From positions 372,001-436,000 of the forward strand of contig NMRA01000036.1 of NCBI GenBank assembly GCA_002633005.1: a stretch of DNA of 64,000 nt, in the 5' to 3' direction. The notes below the pieces were generated by a model. That model was given only the letters and a program-made list of their open reading frames with translations. It searched no databases and was not told where the DNA came from. A program made the position numbers and the translations under genes. Positions 11,143 through 25,724 of the stretch are shown one piece after another (position 1 is the first letter of the stretch; the number at the start of each line of letters is the position of its first letter). Source of the DNA: Phoronis australis (taxonomy: Eukaryota > Animalia > Phoronida).

Positions 11143-13611
11143 CAGCTCCAGGTGTGAGGCGCACGAGACCTGCTTTCATATTCTATTCTATAAAAACAAA
11201 AAGTTGGTCCTTTTAAACTGTTTTTAAAGGACGATTGCGCGTTCTCATCCAGGCTCACAACTGAACCATACATTGACTCCGTTTTCATGGGCTGCTATAA
11301 ATGGGACTCTAATCACTATAAATCGAAGTAAACACCCTAAGACAACCACTGTACTCGAAAATATTTGTTGATAAATATTTGGTTTCCCATAATAAAAAGG
11401 CAGAATGTAATAAATGTTTCAACCAGTTGTAAAACAGTGTAAGTTGATTTACTTTGAAGATGGCTTATTTGATTCTTAATTCACATGCACTGTATGGTTG
11501 TGATCGACCAGACGACGTTCACGTGCTTGCTTCAGTACCCCTTCAGTGAACATGTCCTTTTTCTTTTCCTTCTGATTATAGAAAACGAACTGAAAATGGC
11601 TTACGTTGTGCGACAGTATTAAATGGGAGTGTGTTCTATCTAGACTTCTAGTATTGATGAGATAGGGTATAAAAACCAGATAAAATGACAAAATAGAATA
11701 CGAAGTTTTATTTATTTTCAATACATTGCACTAAACACTGACTGAGATAAGTAATGGTGCATGTACACGGTGCAATTTCGTAAATACTAGAGATTATGAG
11801 GATACTAGTATGCTTTACTAACAAACTGTAGTATCAAACTGGCACTGATACTAGTGAACATTCACAATTAGTCCAAGACATAAATTATCCACACCTTATG
11901 AGAAGGGACTAAAGGATTTCTTAACAACAGAGTAGAAGGCTCGCTAGAATGTCAATCGGTAATTCTGGGAAGTAGTTTGCAGGTTGAAAGCTCTGTTACA
12001 CTTTTCTAATATATTGTTTTGTTTTTTTTACTGCAACTTTAAAGTGTTATGATGAAAATTTTCTGTGATGTTGAATAACTAGTAATATTTCATTTCATAA
12101 TAAATTGATGAGAATTTTTAGTTTGTGAACTTTACAAGTCAAAAATGGCTTATTCAATAATATTAAAATTTCGTCGAAAACTTAGAAACAAACCATTCGG
12201 GAATATAAACATCGAAACATAACTGAACAGTCGTGCAGTAGTATGTCGTCTTAGCTTCCATGAATTTCCTAATTTTCAAGGTCTATTTTGGTTTCGTAGC
12301 TTCTGGAATGGAAACAGTGATAGGAAAATTTCCCCCGTGTTGATCGCAGCACCGGAAAATAACGGTGGAAATTTTGAGGTAAGAGGGACTGTATCGCGAA
12401 AAGCAGATTTCACGCTAACAAGCCAGGGAAGCTCAAGGAATGTTGTGTAAGCAAAAACACATACTCGATATTAGGTCGCAGTTTTCTGTAAATATCTTTG
12501 TTCTCAATGTATACATTGTTTGCATTCATTAAAAGACGCTTTCGTTTGATTTGAATTACATATTTTGGCCGATTTTGTTTGGGACGTTATAAAAGCAATT
12601 GACCTATTCATGATGACCCAGGTTAAAAAATTGCGATGTTTTATTACAAGTATAAATGTCAATTTGATATTATATAAGATATGAATCGTAAATATATGAG
12701 TAGAATTTGTTAATAAATGACATCATTATCTTCATTATTTCTAATGTTACTAAATTACACCAATTAAAGTACATCTTGTATCAGGTAGCTCAGTCAGTGT
12801 TTGCAACAACGAATTTAAGTATCGTGTGCTGAAAATAAATAAAACCCTATGTTTAATTTTCGCATTTTATCTAACTTCATATCCTGTCTCGTCTAATTCC
12901 TTATATAATTACAGTATATTTGTATTATGTTAATTAGTGTTGATAGGTTGTATCAAAACAAACTTGTGACATCTGGGCACGCATAAGGCCAAATTGAACG
13001 TCCCCGTCCCCTCTATAAGAACGTGTTTCATTAATTAGATTTTCTTAAACTTTTGGTACACTGTAGAGCACCAACAGTGAAAGTTGTTTTGTGTGTTTCC
13101 ACAATTCCATTAGACTATTTAGTCCAGTCATTCTAGGGCTCCAGAGGGCCCAACCTAGAAAAAATTGCAACAGAAGGTTTTTTTGCATAAATGGCATCTT
13201 CAAACATCCCTTAGTGTCAGAAAAAAAATCTACCGAAATCGGAGTNGTTTCCACAATTCCATTAGACTATTACCACGAGCTAGACTTAAGAATCTTCGGT
13301 CTAGGAGCTTAGAGATCTTTGATCTTGTAAACCTGCGTGCCTGTGAACACCTGTGATCTCTGACCTTTTCACCTTTGGAATAGCCGACTTTCAGACGGGT
13401 GGACCTTCGGATTGTCGCCCTAAATCTACGTCACTTTGACGTCACAAAATGCTGAAATGTATTTTTAACAAATCTCTAACTGCGTTATTGTCACTAATTG
13501 CGAGGGAAATTTGTCACGTGGTCTCATATTATTTCATTAGAATCCGTCGAATCTCCGAGTTCTTGGTTTATTGTAGAGCTGTTGCGTTCGATACTTTGTC
13601 AGTCGACTGCA

Positions 13612-13741
13612 GAGTAGAGTACAGTCGCTGTCTCGCGGCTAAAAAATTACATGTTTTCATTTAAAATACACGGGAATATCTCGCGCAATCTCGCGAAGTG
13701 TTACTTTTCTAGCGAGGTCTTAGCGTTACTGAACTCTACCC
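13612..13741 (+). mobile_element. Diverged copy of the ~153-bp MITE family
   Basis: Shares CATTTAAAATACACGG..ATATCTC..AATCTCGCGAAGT...TAGCGAGGTC.TAGCGTTACTGAAC with 59727-59879 and 61872-62023. Confidence 0.7.
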
Positions 13742-16714
13742 AGTGGAATCCTCTTGGCCATTTTAGTTTTGGAAAGATTTTCCTTGTCGTTCTTAGGTAC
13801 TGCTAGACCGACCATTACTATATAATTTGTCATGGGCCTGTCATTACGTTACAACAAGGTGAGTCGGAGTTCCCAGGTTGTCTGTAGATCTGCACTGTTC
13901 GATAGCGTATCAGTCGAATGTAATCAATTGAATGCGACCGATTGGGTTCTTTCCCCGTTTCCGCCTTTCCCATGACGGGATTGCTTTTCCACACAACGCG
14001 CAAACTCATCCAAAATGTTCTCACTGCCTGATTCGTGTGTTCATGTCGTCTTGTGACGCACAGTTACATGTAGCTGTGTTCTGTTTTTAGCGAGACTCAG
14101 TTAGCTTTGTAACAACACCGCGTAAATAATATCGATTTAAACAAACCTAAACGATTAATCTGGCGTTATTTGTTACATACGTTTCATTCATTGGTATCTT
14201 CTTAATGGATTACCGTCATTGGATTCACCAATAATGACCAGTTTCTAAGTAGCACTTTTAAGTGTTTGTCTTACTTAAAAGTAAGACAAACAAGAAGTAC
14301 TACTTCAAAAGCTCAGCCTACAGTAAACACATACAACATGTAGCCATTGTGTTCTGAGCTGTAGAACATTTCGTGAGAACATTCACCTTCATTTTTCTTA
14401 CATATCTAATTCATTGTTTAAAAAGATCACACGGTTTAAGTTGCACGTTTTCTTTGGAAAACAAAATTTTAAATGGATTAATAATAATATAAACTGTTAC
14501 ACATGTTTAGATGTAGAACAGGTTAGAAACATTAAAATTAGCCAATCACAAAGTGAGATAAATGGTTCTGGTACCCGCGGTGATGCAGATTTTACATCTA
14601 TAGCGGATACCAGAGAAAGAAATCCCTGGCCGATAGATAAAAAGTACCGTCAAACGGTTTAGCCCAAATTACTATATTGATCTTAGATCTGATCACGAAA
14701 AGGCAGGCAATAAAATATGTTTGCATGCATAACATGCGTCAAAATATTTTTGGCAGTGGTTTCAGCTTCTGGAAATTACAATCAAATTGCTGAGGGTTTG
14801 AGCAGTCGCAAGTTGCCTAGAATTGCAAAAATTTGGATTTATTTTGAAAAAAAAATCACCTCATATTTAAAGATCATCATCCGAAAATATGAAGGAGCTC
14901 GATTCCACGGTTGACAATGATGTTTTTCTCAACAATGAAAACCATTCAAGTAGTACTTAATATCAGCATGTGGCCAATAAATTATGATTGTTTGATCTGA
15001 CTTCTACCGCAAGTACAATAGGTGTGAGACCAACGATGTTTAATGGAACTACATCAGACTTTATCCCTGAAACCGCGAACAGAGTTCTGTTGGTTTACGT
15101 TTTGCCTTAGTAAACACTTCTAAAAACAAAAATAACTCGCTACCAAAAAACATTTAAGCGAAATATCGATGAAAAAATATTTTGCCGTGAATACGTGATG
15201 GTAGTGTTGATTTTTAACTAGCTTACTTTTATTGCTATTTCGACCTATTTTGCTTGTTTTTTGACGAACAATATTGATGTGTGTGTGTTAAAATGCCGGA
15301 GACAATATATTTATCAATAATGGCGTACTGTCTACGAACTCCAAATTCCATCATGTTCAATGACAAATTACACAAAAATGTGCAACTGTAAACGAGAGAA
15401 CTTTTTATATTTGAGAAGCACACCTATGAGTGAGATGGAAAACGTTAAAGTATAGTAGCCTTGTGAAAACACTCACAAAACACTTTTTAATGCTCCTGCA
15501 GCTCAGGGTCCTCTGACAGATGGAGAGCAAGCAAATTCCAGCTTTCATTGCAACAACCTAACCTTGTACCAAGATGTTTAACTATTTTGTTACTATTTTG
15601 TTTGTGTGTTTGTAGTTTGCTTTTTAATTCTAGGGGAATGCTTTTGAAAAAATATGGGTGAGGGATGATCCCCGTCCGACCCTTGTTAGCCACCCATGGT
15701 TTATGATAACCCAGAGTTTGCAGTTTATGAAAGATAACACCAAAATATTTGGTCTTTCCGGCTAAGACCGGAATTTTAACGAATCTCGCGATATTGTTAT
15801 TACTGTTCCATTTTTGAAAATACTGTTTCTATGGTTATTATCACCTTAAATACAAATTAAATACTAGTTTTCCTGCGGGAGTGGGAGTGCCTAGAAAGCG
15901 TGCACAATTCGACGCATGACACGGAAACAGAACTCCCACAAGTGGTGTTTTGTTTCACATTTGTCAAGCGTAATGGGTTTCTTCCAACATGTTATTTGCA
16001 CCCGTATTTTAATTGTAATTCCCCAGACACGTCTCGATCATTGAGCCAGGCAGGATGTTAGTGAGACTCTGGCGTTATTTTCATGACACCTGTGTTACAC
16101 TAAATTCAACTCTGAATTTTCATGTTGTACCAACACCGAACTTTTACTTACTCGGGGTTACGTATTAGATAGAGTAGAGCTCTCACGAAACTCACATACA
16201 GAGAGTAATCAAACATTAAATGCTCATTCACTTTATAGATATAGTTAATGATGCATTAACTTTCAGTTATGATATTTTTAGAACGGGAAAGTGAACAGTA
16301 TAACCTCTCGGGCACAGTGTGAATAGCTATTGCAGATTCGTCGTTGACAGGTTGTCGTGGACCAAGTTTCTTGCGAGAAAAAAGTATCACAAAACCTCGT
16401 AAGAATAAATAAGAGAAAGGCAAGTGTTTTGTAAACTATGCTTGGGATCACACTAGCCTATTATAGCAATTTGACTACCACTGAAATATCTGAAAGGTGA
16501 GCTTGGAGTGTTGAATTGTGTGATACAGTGTTTATGTTAACGAAGATTTTTCATCACAAGTGCAAGGGCAGCACTACGTAGACCCAAAACATTTGCAGCA
16601 AAAATTCGCTTGTGTGACGGAAACGGTGCATTTTATCCCATAATTTAGCATTCCAAAGACACCGATCAACCTCTTCAGTGGCCGCCATTTTGCTCGGGTA
16701 GATGTTTCCTCCTC

Positions 16715-17265
16715 GCTAATTCCCTGCGTGTCTGCTACGGGGTAGGAGACACGCAGGTATCATTCAGTAGCACGCGTTTTATCACTGGTTCATGTAACCT
16801 CGGAAGTCATTGGTTACCTTTACAACAAAGAAAGAAAATGGCGGACCGTAAACAATTTTTAGCAGCGTTGTCATGCAAGTGGCGTGACAGCAAATATTTC
16901 GTTTCTGCGGTAATGTTTAATAGCTGCGTGCTTGAAGCATATAGAATGCACACACATTTAGCCGATTTAACCGATGTGTTATTCATAGTGTTTGAATACA
17001 GGACAGCAACGTAAACAAAAGGCAACGACAACAGAAAAATGCACACCGAAAAGGCACAACAACTTTCCAATTCACATTTCTTGAACATGTCCCAATTAAG
17101 CACCGATTTGTCTTACACCTCCCCCTTCAGTCATGCCAGTTTGTTTACGTAAAGTGCTACCTGTTGAGAATCGTACAAGACAGTCAGAAAAAAAATTTCC
17201 CAAGGAAAATTTTAAATGATACCTGCCTGTCTTCTACCCCTTAGCGGACACGAGGGGATCCAGCG
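16715..17265 (-). repeat. Dispersed monomer (~550 bp) of the unit tandemly repeated at 61627-63140
   Basis: Reverse complement matches the array units (CGCCACTTGCATGACAA, GTCCGCCATTTT, ATTCTCAACAGG, TGGCATGACTGA, GCAGGTATCA). Confidence 0.85.
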
Positions 17266-20200
17266 AAATATTTCCCCGAGCGAACTCACGAAGCATTCAC
17301 CTTTCATTCCCGTGACTTTACGTGATTTTGCCTGTCGCTGGATTATTGCGTCTGCAGAACGCAGTCCAGCATGCCATTCCAGAAGAATGCGTCGCACTCT
17401 TTGTCAAGGGAGGGGCGTTAAATAAGCAAGTTGACCCAACAACATTGCCGGCCAAACGCCGATTCTCCATTGAACTGTTTTCTGTTCACAAGGTAATGGT
17501 TATGAAAACAAAATACCAGAACTGTTGTGATTTCGTTGTATTTTTTAACATTTAATTATCATTGACCTGTTTTTCTAAGCATATTTTACTTCGCTAAAGT
17601 TGCCCGATACATGTACATGTCGTCTCCTGTTACACGTCGTTTTACCAAAACAAAAACTCGAGCAAATTAAAGGATTTGCATTTTGCTTTTAACTTATCTT
17701 TATGCAAGGTATACAAAGTATCAAATATAATTCATATTGACTAGATTTATAAAAATACATAAATCATTAAATTATACAAAGTAATTAAGCACCACATGTA
17801 ATCAAATGAGAACGATTTTCAACATAAAGGAAAAAGTCGGAATACAAATAGTCATCATAGATTAAAAACTCTTAGATGAGATACGCCGTAATGAGAACAT
17901 GTCTCACATGCTTTGCAGCGCCATCTAGCTTTAAGCTGCACCAGTGCTTAAACGTGTTATTACCATGGCGAGATGTAAGGAAGTCAGTTTTGACGGGATT
18001 TGCCTAAAAATCCGGAACGGTATATTTGATAGATGGCATTTTTGATCTAAAAGTCACAAAACAAAAACAGTAGATACTCGGGTGAATCGTGACCAAAGCC
18101 GACATACACTCTAATTGTAAACTCACAAGGCATACTCCACAATGATAAACTATACGTAACGTCTTAAAAAAAAAGATTCTACTGAAGAGATTTGCCATTG
18201 CATTTTTTGTTATAAGCTTTTGGTGTCCATTCATAACCAAAGGCCTGTTTTGGGGTTAAGGCATGCAGCTTTTCGAACACGCCTTATGAGCGTATGCTGG
18301 AGGTCTATTTTCAACTAAAGGTATGTAATAAAAATCTAACAACTAACTGCGCATGCTTTGAAAATTGTGTTCCACGATAGACGTCTGAATATAACCGTAT
18401 GAAAATATGTGCCTACTGTCATGTAATGTGGCTGGAGGCAATAACCACCTCTAATAACTTGAATTGATTTCTGCAGCTAAACAACGGATATTTAACTTAA
18501 TGAACATTTCTCGATTCTCAGCCTCGCATTGTTAATTGTGTCACTAACCTACTACTTAAAAATGAGTATACCACGCGTGCTAATATTGTTCGCGAGTCGT
18601 AAATGAACTAAAAAGACCCCGGGGACAATTCTTCATGAAACAGGTAAGACAGCTAAGCATTATTCATTGGGGAAAATGTTTATCGTGAGGTGACTGTCCA
18701 ATGTCACCGGTTTCGGGGTACACTGGACTGACGCTACCTCACACTGAACATATTGATGAAACCACTCGCCTTTCAAGGGACTTTTTTGTCAAATTCATCA
18801 TGCAGGCTTAGAAAATCATTAAAAAATAGTCAATGGCTTTCACTCGTGAATTATTCCAAATTTCAGCTGTACATCACTGAATGACAGTTATGTAGAGTAA
18901 TTTTATTGCTTTCAGCCATAGGCGTATCCGTGACTTTTCCAGGCCCAGTTTAAAGCCAGATAGCGGTCTGATCCACATGGGACAAGCGTGCTTTCCGCAA
19001 TGTTCAGCATGACGCATCTAGGAGTTCTTAATCTTAAGTGTCACGCAGGCGAACGTCTGCTCGGTAAGCTGCCATGTGATTTTTGGATAGCTGCTACCTC
19101 TTTATACGTATCTATGATAAAGTGAACCTTTGGCTGCCCAAAATACTTCTAAAATGAAGATACCTCTGCAGACCAGCAGTGCCTACAAGCATTCCGCTGG
19201 CGGGATTACCGCTATCCCACAATCCTTTGTGAATATGACGTCTCTCGCTATTCTTGCCGTAAAAGGTCACATCATCACGACATGCCTCACGGCGACTGCA
19301 TTTTAGCTAATAAATTGCTCTCCACATGGCATGACGAATACACAAGACGAAATCTCAAATAGCTAAGCCGGTTTAGGGTAATGATCTAATCTGGGTGACA
19401 GTCTTATATTCTTTACCACAATATTTTAATTTAGGTTTTAGTTTTACAGGCGTTTCGTTTCATCATGCAGCGGGTAATTCGAGACTCCCTCCCTCTTTCG
19501 TAACGCATTTTTTTTGAAAAGTAGAAATCTTCATCCTGGGCCAAAAAAGAAATCACATTTGTAGTCTTTGTTTTCTCAGTCATACCATCAGCAATGTTAA
19601 ATTGGCAATCAAATGTCTAGGTTTTGAATTTTCGTGTAAGGGATGCACATTTTCACCCTCAGTCCTCTTGACATTCGGTGACCGCTATCAGACGATGCAC
19701 AGCCCACATGAAACATTTGCCTTCAGACCAGCATGTGTCGTATTGAATCTGCTACGAGGTCACACCTAAAAAGTAATTAAAACGTAACGAAATATTAACT
19801 GCACATTAAAGCTGATACTGGAGAGAAAATAGTCGTAATTTGCACGAAGGAAACTGTGTTAACGCCATCAATTCAATCATTGAGTAGAATTTCAGTATTA
19901 TCTCCAGTCGTGCCTTAAAACAGTTATGGCGTTTTAATAACTTGACACTGTGAGCTGTATTATAAACCACACTAAGCATCCAATGTTAAATGTTTCACAT
20001 TAATTTTCTTAAACAATAATTTTACTTGTATCAAGTGACACAGACAGACACAAAGTAATTAAGTGTACACGATAACGATACCCTACTCGCGTTACAAGCA
20101 CAAGAAGCGAGTTAATTCATAAAATATTCTTGAAGGCCTTTTCCAGGAACCGTTTAGGATGGGATTAAAAGGACACGGTGACGGTTTAATGGACGAAAAA

Positions 20201-20587
20201 TGTATTTTCGAGGTCATTTATGGCTAGAACTGACTTTGAGGCTGTTAGCTTTGACCTGAGGTACGAAACAGCAAACTCCGTCGTGTTTTTTTTCTGATTT
20301 TATTACAAATTAATGTTTTAGCACTAAAATCGAGATATCAATCCCATTAGCTGTTTCGTTACTGGGCGTCGTGTAACGGCTGACATGAACTGTGTGAAAA
20401 AACGATGACTCATCTGTTCAGTGTAAGTGAAAAAAGAGGCAAACAGCCGAAGCACGTTGGAGGAATAACTTCTCTACAAGAAGCATTTGGGAACCAAATC
20501 GAGAGATGGACTATCGTGCAAGATGAGTTGGACAACGACACCTAGTTTCAGACGTTGCCAATCCCTCACAAAATTTTTACAAATTGT

Positions 20588-20796
20588 TTGCATTCCCTGT
20601 CTCAAACAAGTTGCATTCCGTGTCTCAAACAAGTTGCATTCCCTGTCTCAAACAAGTTGCATTCGCTGTCTCAAACAAGTTGCATTCCCTGCTCGAACAA
20701 GTTGCATTCCGTGTCTCAAACAAGTTGCATTCGCTGTCTCAAACAAGTTGCATTCCCTGTCTCGAACAAGTTGCATTCCCTGTCTCAAACAAGTTG
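20588..20796 (+). repeat. 23-bp minisatellite, 9 copies (TTGCATTCCCTGTCTCAAACAAG)
   Basis: Nine head-to-tail units, one of 22 bp, with no spacers. Confidence 0.97.
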
Positions 20797-23422
20797 AGCG
20801 CACTTCAGTCAAGTCATGCTGTTCTACTATTTTGAGGAGGAAACATTCGATTAAATTATTTAACACGTCTAAAATTTCTGAGAGTCGAATGCGAGGTCTT
20901 GCGACTCGCGCAACTAGGAAATTACGATCACCTACGAACGTTCGCAGTTTGTCGCTAACAATGGCAGTTCGATGAAACAGGGGACGAAGCACCAATTCAT
21001 TGAAAAGATGATTCAAATGCACACTGCCATTACTTGAATCGAATGATAAAACACATTTCATGTATAACTGAACTGCACGTTCATAAAGGTAAGCCAGGCC
21101 TGAGTTCCGTAAATGTAAAAACCTCGCGAGAAAAGCTAGTGTGACCACGTGGGTTGATTGCAAGGTATGCCGATATCTCCCAAACACTTGCGTGATCTTG
21201 CCTTTTCACGCGAGTGCATTGCGTTTAGGGAACGGACACCAGGATCAGAGGCAGCTGCCAGTGTACGTCTAACGTCTAAGCACAGGTCAGTTCAGTGATG
21301 ATGTAGGTTTGAGACTGTGATAATGATCCCTGTTGAAGCATGCAATTTTACAAAGAGAAAGGGACTTCTAAATTCTAATGAATTCCTAGAGCAATTACGC
21401 GCACCGAAAAGACAAAATTACGTACGAGTTTAAATACAATAGGACCTTGATTAGGTTGCGTAGCGTGCTAATTAGTATTTCATAGAATGTTCTGAAAGTA
21501 AGCGGAAGAAGTGTTTAATAAACGTAATCTTGTCTTAAACGCCTACTATGGTGCCAAAATGGCTATTTTTATATCTAAAATACACGTATTAATGAAAAAT
21601 CTCAGCACAAGGTGTCATAGCATACCCCAATTGTCAATTAAGAAGGCCTATTACTATACACCAGCCCCATCTCGAACCCGATTTAGTGCTTGGCTTTTAT
21701 TGTCTCCATCGTAAAACAAAACGTCGAAGTGCGCACTACAGATCTTGTAGCTATATGAAGACTATCGTCAAAATACAGATTGGTAGCACGGTGTGTTGAG
21801 CTTCGTTAGACCCCGAAATTCACGCACCCCAGATAGTTCTGCTCGACAACTCGTCATGAAACTTATCAGCACGATGTCATGTACAGCTAACGACCGGCGG
21901 TGTGCATGCAAAATCTGGGAATCAACCGACACCCACCTTGCCCGTTGCACCCGTTTAAGTGAAAAGCAATCTAATAAAAATCATTTTGTTGCATAATTCA
22001 CAATCTTTTGTAACAAAGAAAAGTCTGTCGTCCTTTTGAAAACAGTACGCTCGCGACACGCGCACGCACCATTTCCTAAATTTTAGGATATCTCTTGGGA
22101 GATGATGACAGCTTCGCAGCAGCAAAATTTTGTTCTGATTGCTGGTATTAAAATACTAAAAACTTGTAACGAAATGAAACCAGTTGCGATAATTTGTTGT
22201 GGCGTGTACGCAACCTCGTGGAAGAGAAGAATCGGGGAAAAACGAAATTGGCCAATAGGTGACGCAATTTTCCATGGCGTCGAAAGCCGACGCAAAAGAT
22301 TGCCTCACAATTTTAACTGCAGAATAACGGTACAAAGCAACTAGCAAAGAAATTGACACAAGTGAACACCCCAGAAATTACTGTTGCGAGGTCCCACACA
22401 CACAATGCCAATATGGCGAAAGTTATTTGCAAGCGTACTTCTGCAACAAATTCTCTAGGATGTGTTTTGATGATACTTAACTGAAACCATCACCATATAG
22501 AGAATCGCATTATCAAAATGAATCCTGTGGAAGCAAGCGCACTTTTGCACGCATCATGATATCCACGATACCAAGTTTTTGAATCCATTTAAAGATTGCG
22601 CCAGCCATTGACGCGTCAAGCATCATTCACACGGATATCAGACACTGAAAGTGACTTGGGCTGTCGAAGAGGCCACGCTATCATCCACACATGTTCCACG
22701 CTCAACTGATAATTCAGATTAGGTGCTAATAAATAAAATAATAATTTTTGTACCTCTATGAAAAACGAATTATTTCCTTTTGTGCTTGTTTATCCATAAA
22801 TACCCGATTATAACCTATGGCTTTATTACATGTAAGCGTTTATTCACCTGATTGTAAAGTTTACTACAGGCTTTTACGAGGACAGACGCTTCTCGTTCGT
22901 TCTCCGTAGATCGTTGATGTGCATTGCAAGCCAGTACATCAAGCGTGTTGTAAAACCATGTTTCCAAACAATGCGGGACAAAGATAAAACACTTTAGTTG
23001 TGTTCCCGTGACCCTATTGGCTGAATTTATTAGCCAGATAGACATGACGATACTATCCACTGGAACACATGTATCAGATTTCATTGAAAATCTCTCAAGG
23101 AACTAGGTAAATATTGAGCAAGAGGCATAATGTCACTAGGAGGCATAACAATAGTCGGACACCTCCGAAAAAATCGATTTCAGCCGTAGTGTTCTCAATG
23201 GAAACGCATCTTCTCATGTTCATTAGGCCGTTTCAAGCAGTATGGCGGACAGAGGAGGACATAGAAAACAGATTTGATATTAGAAAAATGCCCCTAGGGG
23301 AACTGTAGGTGTCGAATTCATCCCAAAATGAGAATATGTAGTGTCTGTAACAGAAAAAAGCAAGCGTTTGCTTAATTCTTTGGAATTGTGAAGAAACTCA
23401 AGAGATACAGAGCCGAATGAAA

Positions 23423-23592
23423 TTATCTGTAATGTGTACAGCGGTAGTCGAATCTGGTCAAAATTCGCACGTGCTGTCCCATCAGTGATAGGAATAGAGG
23501 ATTGCACGAACACCCATGAAGAGATTTTGGAGATACATCAGCAGACGCCGAACGCCAGACGGACGTACAGAGAGGACGGCAAAGATGTGCGC
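23423..23592 (-). CDS. Candidate terminal exon of the corin-like gene (Cys-rich, CAHLCRPLC...GCSCNP...YR-stop)
   Basis: AG|GC at 23593/23592 would complete the split Cys codon (T|GC) left by exon 23678-23821 and stays open for 55 codons. The polypyrimidine tract is weak. Confidence 0.3.
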
Positions 23593-23677
23593 CTACACAT
23601 GTTTATGTAAGCCAATAAAACTGAAGAAAGGCTTTTGAAATGAAAAAAATTGAAGATTGAAGAAACTGTGTACTTAC

Positions 23678-23821
23678 ATCTACTTTGGTCTTCGTCGGAA
23701 TCATCCGTGCAATCCTTATTGCCGTCACATTTCCAAGACAGCGGAATACACCGTTTTTTTACGTCCCACTTGCTAGTGCCCGATTTACACTGGAACTCGT
23801 TAGCTTTGCAGAGCGGCGACT
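23678..23821 (-). CDS. Corin-like gene exon: LDL-receptor class A repeat 3
   Basis: ESPLCKANEFQCKSG...RCIPLSWKCDGNKDCTDDSDEDQSR(C); ttgtag| acceptor, |gtaagt donor; 144 nt, phase 1-1. Confidence 0.92.
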
Positions 23822-24041
23822 CTACAATAGTTAATGCCACTGATAACAACACGGCAAACAAATGGAGTGAGCGTGAAACATTACTCACTAAAGATACAAT
23901 CAATATTGTGTAGCACCCCCAGAGTTTCAGTTCTGCAATTAGACAATTTAAGTAAATCTCAATTTCGTTAACAGTTGACGATGTATTAACATTTAATACT
24001 AGGAAAATGCTAAACTGAAAATTTTGACCAATAAAATGCAC

Positions 24042-24179
24042 CTCCAGTTGAAGTGATTGTGCAGTTCTTTTCGTCGCTTCCATCCGGGCAATCTTGCTGA
24101 CCGTCGCACATCCACAGCAGAGGGCGACAATGCCCAGAAATGCACCGGAATTGATCCGACTGACAAGACGTTTCGAGAT
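24042..24179 (-). CDS. Corin-like gene exon: LDLa repeat 2
   Basis: [46 protein letters not shown]; ttcctag| acceptor, |gtgcat donor; 138 nt, phase 1-1. Confidence 0.92.
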
Positions 24180-25269
24180 CTAGGAACGGAAACATTTTTT
24201 TTTCAGTATTTTCACCTGAAGTAGGTTGTTAACAAAAAGCAGATAAAACCAAAAAAAAACAACGAATAAATGAGTTTGCGTAGGCGGACCTCAATTTTAG
24301 TGAAACTGACAAAGTGATTCTGACGATAGATCCTGCTACGGAACGAAGAACAAATCGCAGGTTACATTTTCTACAACAATGCACTTAAAGCTGCGAATAC
24401 TGTAATCAAACGAATTAAAAAAACGTAACATTTAAGAAACTTTGAATGAAGGATGCCTTGGCGAAGTTTCCACCAGCGACAAATGTTTTCTTAAAGATTC
24501 TATTATTTTCCAACAAACGTGAATGTCACTGTAAGATTTGTAAAAAAAACATAATTGGTTTTACAGTCGAAAAACGCATTTTTGACTTTTGAGATCATTC
24601 TTGGATGAAATAGACTTGTCAGTAGAAGTTATGAGGTTTGACAACAGCTCTAAAACAACAAAATCTGCTATGCTTTTGAGATTCTATGGAATCAAGGACG
24701 GTAAACTTTACCACTTAAAAATACGCCTAAAATATGATGTCATTAATAAAGTGGGGTTTAGGTCTGCTGGCAATGTAAAGTGAAGGATTGCGATCGCTGT
24801 GGTTGTAAATTTGAATCCGAATGTGAAATGAAAATGAAAAAACACTCCAGAATTCTGGAAAATAGGTCGCCCAACCTCAAAATGAAGAGTATTACAATCT
24901 ACACAGACGCACGCACAAATGGACCGAATGACGCTACCATTACAATTTTACATTCGCCTTCGTCGAGGAACACTACCTTCCCTGTCACGAAAGCATCCAA
25001 AATTTCTGCACTCAGTTTGAATTAAAAAATAACAGGCAACAATATGATCAAATTTCAGAAAGCTCGATTTTCGTCATTTTGTGGCTTTAGATGCCCTGGA
25101 TGTACCTGATAGCAACGGAAATAGAGCCTCGTCGTCGTAAGGGAAGTTTCAAGACCAATTGGGAAGGGGGAGGTGACCTGTTTCAATTTCGTTTAATGAA
25201 AGACAGGAGGAAATGTCATCTTAGAAATCTACGCACAGTAGTGCCACAAAGTTTTTAGAAGACACTCAC

Positions 25270-25377
25270 CACAATTCTTTTCATCCGCAAAATTCATGCA
25301 GTCGTTGGTGCCATCACACCTATCTCGCAAAGGACGACATTCTCCATTGCCACAGTCAAACATAGAGGGCGCGCAAG
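25270..25377 (-). CDS. Corin-like gene exon: LDLa repeat 1
   Basis: TCAPSMFDCGNGECRPLRDRCDGTNDCMNFADEKNC (not in the ORF track; translated by hand); gttgcag| acceptor, |gtgagt donor; 108 nt, phase 1-1. Confidence 0.92.
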
Positions 25378-25405
25378 CTGCAACGGGAAACCCATACACA
25401 TTTAA

Positions 25406-25724
25406 GGCTGTATTTCGCCATGTTTAGCTGCCTAAAACAAAAACCGAGTTAAGCTTTATACTCTCATAAAATCGGCTTCATAGTATTCTTTGCTGTGACA
25501 AGATTATATTTCTATTACCAATTCAAGTCATAGATGATGCGTACATGTGCCAGTTTAGGGTTGGCCAGCCCCAACTAAACGTTCTCTTTAGTCGATGATG
25601 GTCTCGATGTTCTTCTTGGTGACGGAAATTGAATCCTATCGCGGCATCTTGACACCGATTTTATGATACTTAGAGGCCTAATTCGATTTTCGTTTTTAGC
25701 CAGCTAAGGAGGACGAAATGCAGC
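25406..25724. mobile_element. Non-autonomous TTAA-flanked element (Kolobok-like MITE), intronic
   Basis: TTAA|GGCTGTATTTCGCCATGTTTAGCTGCCTAAAAC ... GTTTTTAGCCAGCTAAGGAGGACGAAATGCAGC|TTAA: imperfect ~33-bp TIR with TTAA on both sides. Confidence 0.65.

Noticed and set aside
13092-13271. 25-bp direct repeat GTTTCCACAATTCCATTAGACTATT
   Set aside because: The second copy begins right after a single N; likely a scaffolding artefact.
20588-20796. CRISPR-like appearance and three overlapping ORFs
   Set aside because: Repeats are contiguous with no spacers, there are no cas genes, and the context is eukaryotic; the ORFs result from a stop-free repeat.
21768-21950. VDSQILHAHRRSLAVHDIVLISF resembling the trypsin H...DIAL segment (would supply the corin protease)
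   Set aside because: No flanking splice sites, no following PICLP, and no other trypsin motifs nearby.
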